In this document: in pieces, positions 28,206-37,444 of the stretch
Numbering within the stretch: the stretch's first letter is position 1
Layout: each line of letters begins with the position of its first letter
Source of the DNA: an uncultured Bacteroidota bacterium
GTDB taxonomy: Bacteria > Bacteroidota > Ignavibacteria > Kryptoniales > JAKASW01
Direction of reading: 5' to 3'
Assembly: GCA_963790995.1 (NCBI GenBank)
Contig: CAWBQQ010000001.1
Coordinates: 2,007,268-2,071,267 of the forward strand
DNA: 64,000 nucleotides
The notes under the pieces: generated by a model
What the model saw: only the letters and a program-made list of their open reading frames with translations
Told to the model about the DNA's origin: nothing
Database searches by the model: none
Translations under genes and position numbers: made by a program

Positions 28206-29219
28206 TTAGAACGAGAAATAGACTGTGCCTCTCAGGGTGATGTCGTTAGCTACCCCACCAATACTATAATGCCTATACTCTATGTTCGGCATTAAGTGGA
28301 CGTTACTTTTAACTGCCCAATCCAGTGCACCGAGAGCGAAATTCTGCACACTGGTTGCTTGGGAAGTATGTGCCGCTGTGTTAGGGTCATAGCTATCGAA
28401 CCGTGCTACCAAGCGAAGATTCTCAACAAGGCCAACCCAGCCGTTTATGCTGATCCCATCCCTTGACAATGTGGTGGAGCCATAATCGTGGTCGATGCCT
28501 TGTGCAAAGCCCTGAACGCCAAGACTAAAGTCGCTGTTAGCATAATTGACTATTATATCGCCGGTCTTTCCATCTTGTTCGAGTGGAAGGAATGCCTGGC
28601 TGAAATAATCCCCATCGAGCAGGATTGTAAGCTCGTTGACGGGTTTGAACTGCAAAAAGAGATATCCTCGTTTCTCTTTATAGTTTGTAGTCGGAGTGGG
28701 TTGGCTGTTGCTGCTGTTATTCCCAATTAATACCCCCCCGGAGAAAGCATCTGAGAATTTTTCGCTGACGCCGACGCCAAGATCTCTGGAGGCGCTGATG
28801 CCGTTATAGTCTTGAATCGTTTTCTCAAGTGAACGGTAACCGAAAATTGATTCAGCCATATTGATGTCAGGAGTCCCCTGAAGTCCGAAAATGGCGTGCC
28901 CGTCGGGTATCAGCGCATTCCAGTCAACATAGGCATCCTTAACCATGACAGAGAGTTTGTTGTTTCCAAGAACTGACGCAGTCGGATCGGATTCCAATCG
29001 GAATCTCGCGGCAAATCCGTCGGCAATGTTGTAATCTGTAGTCAGGTATATTCTCCTATAGTCGAAGCCGTTAACGGTTTTCATAGCTTGGTTGTCGTTC
29101 TGGTAGTTATAGTAATAGTCACCGAACATCAATCCCGAAAACTTCGGCATGTTTTGAGCTGATGCCATTCCTGCCATAAGCAGGACGGCGGCAAGAGTAA
29201 AGAATTTACGCAAATACAC
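28206..29219 (-). CDS. Outer-membrane beta-barrel, probable phosphate-starvation porin
   Basis: AAGGAG RBS and GTG start; signal peptide (ASA-Q); alternating beta strands; C-terminal YFSF; RRIYLT and KDAY motifs; directly upstream of pstS. Confidence 0.8.
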   Translation of the reverse strand: MYLRKFFTLAAVLLMAGMASAQNMPKFSGLMFGDYYYNYQNDNQAMKTVNGFDYRRIYLTTDYNIADGFAARFRLESDPTASVLGNNKLSVMVKDAYVDWNALIPDGHAIFGLQGTPDINMAESIFGYRSLEKTIQDYNGISASRDLGVGVSEKFSDAFSGGVLIGNNSSNSQPTPTTNYKEKRGYLFLQFKPVNELTILLDGDYFSQAFLPLEQDGKTGDIIVNYANSDFSLGVQGFAQGIDHDYGSTTLSRDGISINGWVGLVENLRLVARFDSYDPNTAAHTSQATSVQNFALGALDWAVKSNVHLMPNIEYRHYSIGGVANDITLRGTVYFSF

Positions 29220-29255
29220 GTTTGCTCCTTTTTTTGTTTTAAAAGTAATTTTAAA

Positions 29256-29295
29256 TGTTGACGTGTCTGTTAAGCCAATGTTAAGGATTTGTAAA
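29256..29295 (-). promoter_or_regulatory. Pho-box-like array upstream of the porin-pstS operon
   Basis: Minus-strand TTTACA, TTAACA, TTAACA at 11-bp spacing (plus-strand starts 29290, 29279, 29268), plus TCAACA 12 bp further on. Confidence 0.72.
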
Positions 29296-29390
29296 ACGGA
29301 GTGGATTGTCGCCGCTCGATTATTGAAGGGTTTCACTTTAACAAATTGCCTTTTGCTGTTATTTTAGACTTTCAACCAAGGAGGAGAGTT

Positions 29391-31838
29391 TTGAAGAAGC
29401 TAGTTTTTGTCGCCGCATTGATGATTTTATCGAATATAGCAGCTGCTTCCTCTGCTTCAGCACAGGATATGCTGCCGCCTGTTCATTATGCACCCAATAG
29501 GGAATTTCATGCCATAAATATCGACCTCTCTCTGAAATTTGATTTAAAGAACAAGGAAGTATTCGGAACCGCCGTGGAAAAAATCGTTCCGCTGCACGTC
29601 AATCTCGATACGGTGCATCTTGACGCTGTCGATATGACGATAGACAAAGTCGCGATGTCCGGTAAAAGTCTCGGATATACTTACGATGGGAATATGCTTG
29701 CGATCGGATTAGGCAAAGGTTACGGGCTCGACGACACTCTTACCTGCACGATTACCTATTCGACCTTTCCGAAGAAGGGAATATTTTTTGTCGAAGCCGA
29801 CACTTCATATCCGGACAGGGCGCCGCAGGTTTGGAGCCAGAGCGAGATGGAAGACGCGAGATACTGGTTTCCGTGCCATGATTATCCCGACGATTTCCTG
29901 ACAAGCTCGGTCACGGCAACAGTTCCCGAAGATTGGTCGGTTGTTTCAAACGGCGTCTTAGAGCGAGAGACGACAGATCGAGAAGATTCAACCAAAACAT
30001 TTCGCTGGGTCGAGAGCAAGCCGCATGTAATTTATTTGATCTCAATCGTTGCGGGTAAATATTCCATCGTTAACGATCATTATGGAAACACCCCGCTTTA
30101 CTATTATGTCCCACCCGAATATTCGAGAGATGCCCAATTAGATTTTTCTCAGACGCCGGATATTTTAAACTTCTATTCAAACGTTACAGGGTATGATTAT
30201 CCGTGGCAGAAGCTTGCACTTTCGTCGGTTACCGATTTTACGTTTGGCGGGATGGAAAACGTTTCGGCGATAACGCTTACCGACAATACGATGCACGATG
30301 TTGACGCCGAGCCTCAGGAATCGAGCACTGACTTGGTCTCTCACGAAACGGCTCACCAATGGTTCGGCGATTTACTGACCTGCCGGACATGGGGGAATGC
30401 CTGGCTCAACGAAGGATTCGCGACTTATTTTGAGGCACTTTACGGCGAGCACGCTTTCGGGGAAGATCATTTCAATTACGAGATGTACCATGATCATGAG
30501 GGAGTCGTCTCTTCCGACAATTTCGAGCGGCGGCCGACTGTTTATAATCGCTATTACGACCCGGTAGATCTTTTCAGTAGTTACATTTATGCCCGCGGTG
30601 CATCGATACTCCACATGCTCCGTGGTGTTGTCGGCAAAGACTTATTTTTCAAAGCCATTCAATATTACGTCCATAAATTCCAGCATGAGAACGTTGACTC
30701 TCACGATTTTGCGAACGCCGTCCGGGAAGCAACCGGATATAATCTGTACTGGTTCTTCGACGAATGGCTTTACAAAGGCGGCCACCCTGTCTTCCGTGTG
30801 AGTTACGACTACAACGACAGCTTGCATTGGCTTGTTCTGCATGTCGCTCAGACGCAAAAAGTGGACAGCATAACTCCGGTTTACAGAATGCCGGTTGACA
30901 TTTACATCGTCACTGCGTCCGCACAAATTACAAAGACAGTTTGGGTGGATTCGCTAAGTAACACCTACACATTCAATGTTGCCGGGAAGCCTTTGATGGT
31001 GAACTTCGATGAGGGAGATTTTATTCTTAAAGAATTGAAGTTCAAGAAATCGCTCGCCGAGCTTTCCTACGAGCTTAAGAATGATCCGAATGCTGCCGGA
31101 AGAGTTTGGGCAGCCAATAAGTTAGGCATCCAGGATACTGCCGGGGTTGAAGATGCCTTAATCGACGGGCTGAGAGATGACGATTTCTGGGGAGTTCGGA
31201 TGACGTGTGCGGAAGCATTGTCGAGTTTTCACGATTCTGAAGTTGAAAAGGCTCTGAAGTCAGCGATTGGAGATAAGGACGCGCGCGTCCAAACTGAGGC
31301 GATAAACGAGCTTTCGGGATATAAAGAAGCGGATATCGTTCCTCTTCTTGAACACCTATATCATGCGCAGAAAAACTATTTTGTCAGAGCTGCAGCGGTA
31401 AAAGCGCTCGCATCGATAGAAGGCGAGAAAGCGATACCCGTTATAGAGAATGCTTTGACGCAAGACTCTTATCAGCAGGTAATAAAAAGTGCGGCACTCA
31501 CTTCGCTGGCGATGATAGATACTTCCAGAGCATACGACGAAGCCGTCGGGTTTTCAAGATACGGCGAGCCTCAATCGCTCCGGCTCCAGGGGATGAACGA
31601 GATGGTACAGCTCGAGCCTGATAGCGAAGAAACCCTCAACCTTCTTAAAATATATTTGAACGACCCTATTATTTGGGCGCGCATGGTGGCGATAAATTCT
31701 CTCGGAAGGATAGGCGATAAGGGTATCGTTCCATTGTTACAGGCTAGAGAAGAAGCTGAGACCGACGGGAGGTTACGGGAGGCGGCGCGGCGAGCGATCG
31801 AATCTATAAATAAAAGGGAAAAGGGCGAATCGAAATAA
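29391..31838 (+). CDS. Exported M1-family zinc aminopeptidase with C-terminal HEAT repeats
   Basis: GGMEN, HETAH..NEGFATY zinc motif; HEAT-like repeats; signal peptide; GGAGAG RBS before TTG at 29391. Confidence 0.95.
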   Translation: MKKLVFVAALMILSNIAAASSASAQDMLPPVHYAPNREFHAINIDLSLKFDLKNKEVFGTAVEKIVPLHVNLDTVHLDAVDMTIDKVAMSGKSLGYTYDGNMLAIGLGKGYGLDDTLTCTITYSTFPKKGIFFVEADTSYPDRAPQVWSQSEMEDARYWFPCHDYPDDFLTSSVTATVPEDWSVVSNGVLERETTDREDSTKTFRWVESKPHVIYLISIVAGKYSIVNDHYGNTPLYYYVPPEYSRDAQLDFSQTPDILNFYSNVTGYDYPWQKLALSSVTDFTFGGMENVSAITLTDNTMHDVDAEPQESSTDLVSHETAHQWFGDLLTCRTWGNAWLNEGFATYFEALYGEHAFGEDHFNYEMYHDHEGVVSSDNFERRPTVYNRYYDPVDLFSSYIYARGASILHMLRGVVGKDLFFKAIQYYVHKFQHENVDSHDFANAVREATGYNLYWFFDEWLYKGGHPVFRVSYDYNDSLHWLVLHVAQTQKVDSITPVYRMPVDIYIVTASAQITKTVWVDSLSNTYTFNVAGKPLMVNFDEGDFILKELKFKKSLAELSYELKNDPNAAGRVWAANKLGIQDTAGVEDALIDGLRDDDFWGVRMTCAEALSSFHDSEVEKALKSAIGDKDARVQTEAINELSGYKEADIVPLLEHLYHAQKNYFVRAAAVKALASIEGEKAIPVIENALTQDSYQQVIKSAALTSLAMIDTSRAYDEAVGFSRYGEPQSLRLQGMNEMVQLEPDSEETLNLLKIYLNDPIIWARMVAINSLGRIGDKGIVPLLQAREEAETDGRLREAARRAIESINKREKGESK

Positions 31839-32038
31839 CTCTATGCGGGGGTTGACCTAAAAGCACTATCTTCGTGGTCGGGGAAATGCGGACGAGACAA
31901 TTGTTGAAGTAGGCGCAGTTGTCGAAGCGTCGCATTGAATCTCTGTGCAGGAGTTCATGACCCGCATTGAAGCCGGCTGAGAACATTCAAATGTCGAGGG
32001 ACTTTTCGCTTGAGTGAATGGTCAACGGACTTACGTGA

Positions 32039-33055
32039 TCAAACCTTTACGATACCTAAATCGATAAGGCTCCGTGCGGTATCTATGATGGTTTCTTCCA
32101 CCGGTCTCGGAACCCAGCCGAGCACGTCGCGTGCATGGCTCGCATCGGCATTTCTTATCTTGCCGATCTCTCCGGCGATTTGTTTGACTGATGGGTCGAA
32201 CTTGGCCGCCAATTTCACGACGAAGTCCGGCAATTTGCGCGCCGGCACTTTCTTCGCTTCGGCGCCGAGTTTGCTTTTAAGTATCCGGGCGATCTCAATC
32301 GCTTTGAGAAACTGTCCCGCACAAATGAAGCGCTCACCAGCCATGTTAGGTGCGTTCATCGCCTGCACATGCATGTCTGCAACATCCCGAACATCGACAA
32401 TGGAGAAGCCGATATCTGGACAGCCGGGAAGCGCGCCTTCGAGGAGTTTCTTGACAAGCTCGGTTGACGTGGAAATGTCGTCGCTCCAAACGGGTCCAAG
32501 CACTGCGGACGGGTTTACCGTGCAAAACTCTATGTCGCCTCCCTCTGCAGCCACCCAATCACGCGCGGCTCGTTCGGCGATTGTTTTGGATTTGACGTAG
32601 GGTTGGACATCAGGGCTGGTTACAACGGTCCAATCGCTTTCGGTAAACGTCTGCGCGCTCTTGTCATGGCCGTAGGCAATCGCGGCGCATGAGGAGGTCA
32701 TGACGAAACGCTTTACTCCGGCAGCCTTTGCCAGGCGCAGAACGCGAAGTGCACCGTCACGAGCGGGAATGATCAGGTCATCTTCATTTTTAGGCACACC
32801 GAGTGGAAACGGCGACGCAAGATGCGCAACATGGCTGCACCCGGCCATGGCATTTGCCCAGCCGTCGTCCGACATCAAATCGGCGGCAAAGAATTTGAGC
32901 TTCACATTTTCGACGTTGATCAGCCTTCGAACTTCCGATTCGCGTGCAAGATTGCGGACGGTGGTGTGTACCACCCAGCCTTCGTTTACTAACTGCCGGA
33001 TCAAGAAACCCGCGATGTAACCGCTGCCGCCCGATACCAATATTGTGCCTGCCAT
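32039..33055 (-). CDS. NAD(P)-dependent epimerase/aldehyde reductase (dihydroflavonol-4-reductase-like extended SDR)
   Basis: SGGSGYIA, HLASP, TSS, YVKSK catalytic motif, VDVRDVA; AAGGAG RBS. Confidence 0.92.
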   Translation of the reverse strand: MAGTILVSGGSGYIAGFLIRQLVNEGWVVHTTVRNLARESEVRRLINVENVKLKFFAADLMSDDGWANAMAGCSHVAHLASPFPLGVPKNEDDLIIPARDGALRVLRLAKAAGVKRFVMTSSCAAIAYGHDKSAQTFTESDWTVVTSPDVQPYVKSKTIAERAARDWVAAEGGDIEFCTVNPSAVLGPVWSDDISTSTELVKKLLEGALPGCPDIGFSIVDVRDVADMHVQAMNAPNMAGERFICAGQFLKAIEIARILKSKLGAEAKKVPARKLPDFVVKLAAKFDPSVKQIAGEIGKIRNADASHARDVLGWVPRPVEETIIDTARSLIDLGIVKV

Positions 33056-33158
33056 ATTGTTCTCCTTTTGACTTGTCAAACTTCTTGTCAAATAATTTAC
33101 GAAATAATTATTTCTTGATTTGGGGGTTGGGGGTAAGTCGCACTTGTGTCATTAAAGC

Positions 33159-33440
33159 CGCCATCTGAACCCTGGCGAATACCTTGCCAAAATATATGCG
33201 GAGCTTCGAGACGAGACGAATCTGGAAGGTAACTCAACCGTTAAGCTTCCCGCCTGCGCTGCGCCGCAGAGCGGTGCAACGAGGTGAGAAGATGCGAGGC
33301 TCCACGCCGGAAGGAATTATAACCTGCCGCTTAACTTGACAAAGAATCGGTGGAATCCATGAAACCCGCGTACAGGTTCTGCATACATCAGGATGCACTT
33401 TCCCGCGACAACATTTAATCCAATGAGCCCTCAGGTGGCG
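33159..33440 (+). ncRNA. Candidate structured non-coding RNA or element of unknown family
   Basis: Closing helix CGCCATCTGA/TCAGGTGGCG with nested helices found by eye; no recognised family motif. Confidence 0.3.
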
Positions 33441-33582
33441 TAAACAATTGAAGCTTTGGAGGTGCATGCACGCTAATCGCTGAAATAGCGGGGACGGTAT
33501 TTTTTGAGTGCTGTTCTTCGGTATTCGGAATCTTTATTCAGCGTCCATTGTTCATTTCATTGAATAAGAGGATCATAGATGT

Positions 33583-35214
33583 ATGAACGCAATGGAGACA
33601 ATAATGGATATAAATGAAGTCGCGGGTGAACCTGCTAACATTCTGAGAATGCCGTGCACGAATATAGGGAGATGGCTGTACTCACGGGCTTCGAACTCGA
33701 ACCGCGCAAATCTCCTTTCCAACTTTATTGCCTGCCTGATCCTTGTCCAGTTCGGCTACTCAGCCGTCTATGGGCAATCGCCCAATGCCGAGAAATACGA
33801 TTGGCTCCAATTCAATTTCGATCCACAGCACAGCGGTAACGATATAAAGGAAGCCATAATCACTCCACAAAACGTTGGAAGCATGCATCAGATTTTCAAA
33901 ACATTGCTGCTGTCGACTGCCGACGGAGCGCCTGCTTATCTCAGCGATATTCAAACTCAATACGGCAAAATCGATATGATTTTTCTGACGGCTAAAGACG
34001 GTCACATTATTGCTCTTAATGCGGCGGACGGAAGCATAATCTGGAACCATCAATACGGATCGGGCGCCTATCGAATAAACAACGGGTACCAGCCGACTTA
34101 TACTACGTCGTCTCCTGCAATCGATCCTGAACGTGAATTTGTCTATAGCTATGGCCTCGACGGCTATGTTCACAAATACAGAGTCGCAGATGGAAAAGAG
34201 ATTAAAGGCGGAGGCTGGCCGGAATTGTGTACGCTGAAGCCGTTTGATGAGAAGGGCTCTTCGGCGCTTGCAATCGCCACCGCGAAGGACGGAGATTCAT
34301 ATCTTTACGTCGCGAACGGCGGATACTTGGGCGACAGAGGAGATTATCAAGGACATTTGACAACGATTAATTTGCATGATGGTACGCAATACGTGTTCAA
34401 TGCAAACGGCAGCAGCCAGACCGTCCACTTTGTCGAACGACCGGGCGAACCTGATTGGCCGTCAGTTCAGAACGCGATATGGGCAAGATCGGGAGCTGTT
34501 TATGATTCAATTACGGACAGGATCTACGTGGTTACAGGCAACGGCCCGTTTAATCCGAAGGAACACAATTGGGGAGACACGATACTGTCGCTCAACCCGG
34601 ATGGCACGGGAACTGACAGCAGTCCCGTTGACAGCTATACGCCAAAAGACTTTCAACAATTAGATAAGAAAGATCTTGATCTCGGCAGCACCGCACCGGC
34701 AATAATCCCCGTACCCGATAACTGTCTCGTCAAAGACCTTGCAGTTCAGTCAGGGAAGGACAGAGTATTACGTCTCGTCAATCTTGCCGATCTCAGCGGG
34801 CATGGAGGACCAGGCAACACGGGCGGAGAGATTGGAAAGATCATCGACGTTCCCTCCGGCGAGATGGTTTTTACAGCACCCGCCGTTTGGGTAAATCCGC
34901 ATGATAAATCTTCATGGGTCTTCGTCGGAACCTATGATGGACTTTCTGCATTCAAATTGCAGGTTGACAAAAAGGGGAAGCCGAGCCTTAAGCTTGTATG
35001 GAATCAATCGGACGGAAGCAGCTCCCCGATCATTGCGAACGATGTTTTGTATTGTGCGGTCAGCCGCAGCATCCGCGCAATGGATCCGGTCACCGGGAAA
35101 GTTTTGTGGCGCGACACGAATATCGGAAAGATACATTGGGAAAGTCCGATACTTGACAATGGAGTTTTGTATATCACGGATGAGTCGGGGAATTTGACAG
35201 CTTACGGATTATAA
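33583..35214 (+). CDS. Exported PQQ-like beta-propeller repeat protein
   Basis: DW.QF.FD..HSG opening, ALNAADG.IIW, SSP.I, DLDLGS..P, ESPI...G.LY repeats; true start may be downstream. Confidence 0.82.
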   Translation: MNAMETIMDINEVAGEPANILRMPCTNIGRWLYSRASNSNRANLLSNFIACLILVQFGYSAVYGQSPNAEKYDWLQFNFDPQHSGNDIKEAIITPQNVGSMHQIFKTLLLSTADGAPAYLSDIQTQYGKIDMIFLTAKDGHIIALNAADGSIIWNHQYGSGAYRINNGYQPTYTTSSPAIDPEREFVYSYGLDGYVHKYRVADGKEIKGGGWPELCTLKPFDEKGSSALAIATAKDGDSYLYVANGGYLGDRGDYQGHLTTINLHDGTQYVFNANGSSQTVHFVERPGEPDWPSVQNAIWARSGAVYDSITDRIYVVTGNGPFNPKEHNWGDTILSLNPDGTGTDSSPVDSYTPKDFQQLDKKDLDLGSTAPAIIPVPDNCLVKDLAVQSGKDRVLRLVNLADLSGHGGPGNTGGEIGKIIDVPSGEMVFTAPAVWVNPHDKSSWVFVGTYDGLSAFKLQVDKKGKPSLKLVWNQSDGSSSPIIANDVLYCAVSRSIRAMDPVTGKVLWRDTNIGKIHWESPILDNGVLYITDESGNLTAYGL

Positions 35215-35362
35215 TAGGCTAAGATCAGGAGGCAAAGCCATGCCACGGCTTGTGGGGGATGGATTGAAATAAACGATGGACAGGTTTAATCAGCAGATGT
35301 ATCGGCGTCATTGAACCAAACCGCGTGGTCGGTCGTCAAATATTCTAAATCACGGAGGTTGC

Positions 35363-36127
35363 ATGAAAACGAGTTTGCTGACTTTGAGTGCCGCGGGGTT
35401 CTGTATCTATTTATCAGGTTGTATGGTTGCGCAGGAAACGCTTTATCGTGCCGATCCTGTATCCAAAGAGACTATCTGGTACTCGGGAGAAGAATATCAA
35501 ACCCAGACCAAGGATAGTCTCACGGTGTCGGTCGCATTTGAGTATGAATTGGGCGGCAGCATGACCTTTTACATGGTGGTCGGCAATCAAGGATCCGGCA
35601 CCGTATTGGTTGCACCGGAGAAAATCTATTATTATGGCACAGATGTGCTGATAGATCATTTCACAAAAGACACAACAATAAAGGTCGATACGGCTTATGC
35701 AATTAATCCTGAGAGCCAGTTGACTGGAATCAACCGACAAATGGCACAAGCAAATGCGGCATACTCCACAAATAACAATATTAATGCTGCATCGGCGCTG
35801 TTGCAGCTTGTGGGAGACGTTGCAACAATCGGTAAGAATAAGACCGGGGAAGAGCAAAAAGAAGAAGAGCAAAACCGCCATGATCTCAAAAAGTCCGAAA
35901 GAGATAACCAGGCTACTTACAGCTCGACAATTGACCAGTTAAGCCAAGAAAAAGATTATTGGTTGAATGCCACGCTGCGGAAAACGACCCTTTTTCCGAA
36001 TACTGCCGTTGCCGGGAAAGTTTGTTTCACGGTGGATTCAAACCTTCAAACGTTCAAGTTGATTGTTCCAATTGATTCTGCTGTGATTGAGTTCGATTTC
36101 AAGCAGATGCCGGTTGCTGACCGGTGA
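35363..36127 (+). CDS. Hypothetical lipoprotein
   Basis: GGAGG RBS; lipobox LSGC; beta-sandwich-like ends with a central coiled-coil segment. Confidence 0.8.
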   Translation: MKTSLLTLSAAGFCIYLSGCMVAQETLYRADPVSKETIWYSGEEYQTQTKDSLTVSVAFEYELGGSMTFYMVVGNQGSGTVLVAPEKIYYYGTDVLIDHFTKDTTIKVDTAYAINPESQLTGINRQMAQANAAYSTNNNINAASALLQLVGDVATIGKNKTGEEQKEEEQNRHDLKKSERDNQATYSSTIDQLSQEKDYWLNATLRKTTLFPNTAVAGKVCFTVDSNLQTFKLIVPIDSAVIEFDFKQMPVADR

Positions 36128-37433
36128 CTTTCTGCGGGAGTTCTTGAAGCCGGCTCGAGATTCCGATCTTCTTTAGAAGTTCGAAGGGCATTTCCCCGCC
36201 GGCAAAAATAAAGACAAACTCGTTGCTGAGTTTCATGTCGCCATCCGGTGTTATAAGGGTTACGTCGTCTTCACGAATTTCTTTTACCTCTGAGTTAAAT
36301 ACCACATTTACTTTCCTATTCGACATTGCTTCCACAATGTGACTTTTGTTCCGTTCCTTGATTCGCGTGAATTCACCTTTGCGATATGAAAGTGTTGTGG
36401 CGTTGTTTTTCTGGATGGATAAACCGATGACGGCTTCAATTGCGGAATCGCCGCCGCCGACAACAAGGATGTGACTGTTGCTATAAGTCGATGTGTCGAT
36501 CAGGCGGTACATAACTTTGGAAAGCTCTTCTCCGGGTACGCCAAGTTTCCGTGGTGTGCCGCGCCTGCCGAGTGCAAGTACCACATTATCGGCAGTCGCT
36601 CGAATCGTAGTGCTCGTAATGGAGAAAAATTCGTTTACCCGTTGTATCTCCTCTACTTTTTCATTTGTTCTTACATCAAGTTTGGCCTTATCAATGATTT
36701 TTTGCCACGTGTCGAGCAGAACTTCTTTCTTTACATCCGTCAATTTCAATTTGCCCCAGATGGGAAGTTCAACCGGAGAAGTCATGACAACTTTTGCCCG
36801 CGGATAATGAAGGATTGTTCCACCGATGTCGCTTTGCTCGAGGACTATGTATTTCAGATTCTTATCTTTGGCGCTAAGGGCTGCAGCAAGTCCGGCCGGT
36901 CCGGCTCCGACAATAGCTACATCATACTCTGCCTGATGAGTGGATGGCTTCTTAGCTATGTACTCGACTGCGGCTCTCGCTTGTGAAACGGCATTTTTTA
37001 TTAATCCAATTCCACCAAGTTCCCCGACTATGAAAACTCCTTTGACATTCGTTTCGAAATTTTCATCGATATCAGGAAGATCAGCGCTTCGTCCGGGTTT
37101 TGCCATCAATAATTGAATTGCGCCGACGGGGCAAGCATCTGCACAGAGTCCATGGCCGATACATTTAGCACCATGGATCAACATTGCTTTTCCTTCGATG
37201 ATGCCGAGCACGTCTTCTTCAGGACATGCTTTCACGCATCCGCCGCAGCCGATGCAATTGATGACATCGATGTGAGGATGAACGGTTGCTCCTTCATGGA
37301 GACCGCTGATCTTTAACTCCTGGAATTTTTTTAGCGCTTTAGCCTCCTTCGCTTTTAGGCGGCGAACGTAGGGAATAACAGTCAGCAAAATCAAGACGAC
37401 GACGATCAGTAATGTAATGGTTGTCTGATTCAT
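36099..37433 (-). CDS. Membrane-anchored ferredoxin-domain / thioredoxin-reductase-like (TrxR-type FNR/YpdA-like) flavoprotein
   Basis: N-terminal TM; CIGCGGCVKACP and CIGHGLCADACP; GAGPAG (FAD), GGGDSA plus YRK (NADPH); lacks the TrxR CxxC. Confidence 0.9.
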   Translation of the reverse strand: MNQTTITLLIVVVLILLTVIPYVRRLKAKEAKALKKFQELKISGLHEGATVHPHIDVINCIGCGGCVKACPEEDVLGIIEGKAMLIHGAKCIGHGLCADACPVGAIQLLMAKPGRSADLPDIDENFETNVKGVFIVGELGGIGLIKNAVSQARAAVEYIAKKPSTHQAEYDVAIVGAGPAGLAAALSAKDKNLKYIVLEQSDIGGTILHYPRAKVVMTSPVELPIWGKLKLTDVKKEVLLDTWQKIIDKAKLDVRTNEKVEEIQRVNEFFSITSTTIRATADNVVLALGRRGTPRKLGVPGEELSKVMYRLIDTSTYSNSHILVVGGGDSAIEAVIGLSIQKNNATTLSYRKGEFTRIKERNKSHIVEAMSNRKVNVVFNSEVKEIREDDVTLITPDGDMKLSNEFVFIFAGGEMPFELLKKIGISSRLQELPQKVTGQQPASA

Positions 37434-37444
37434 TCTGGTTTTTC

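Noticed and set aside
33121-33480. tmRNA, RNase P, SRP, 6S RNA, group II intron or cobalamin riboswitch identity for the structured spacer
   Set aside because: No tRNA-like ends or T-loop, no GAGGAAAGUCC, CCGGAAGGAA lacks the SRP flanks, and no domain V or B12 box
35231-35260. CCACGGCTTGTGG hairpin resembling an IS200/IS605 end or REP
   Set aside because: Single short degenerate copy with no transposase or second copy in the window
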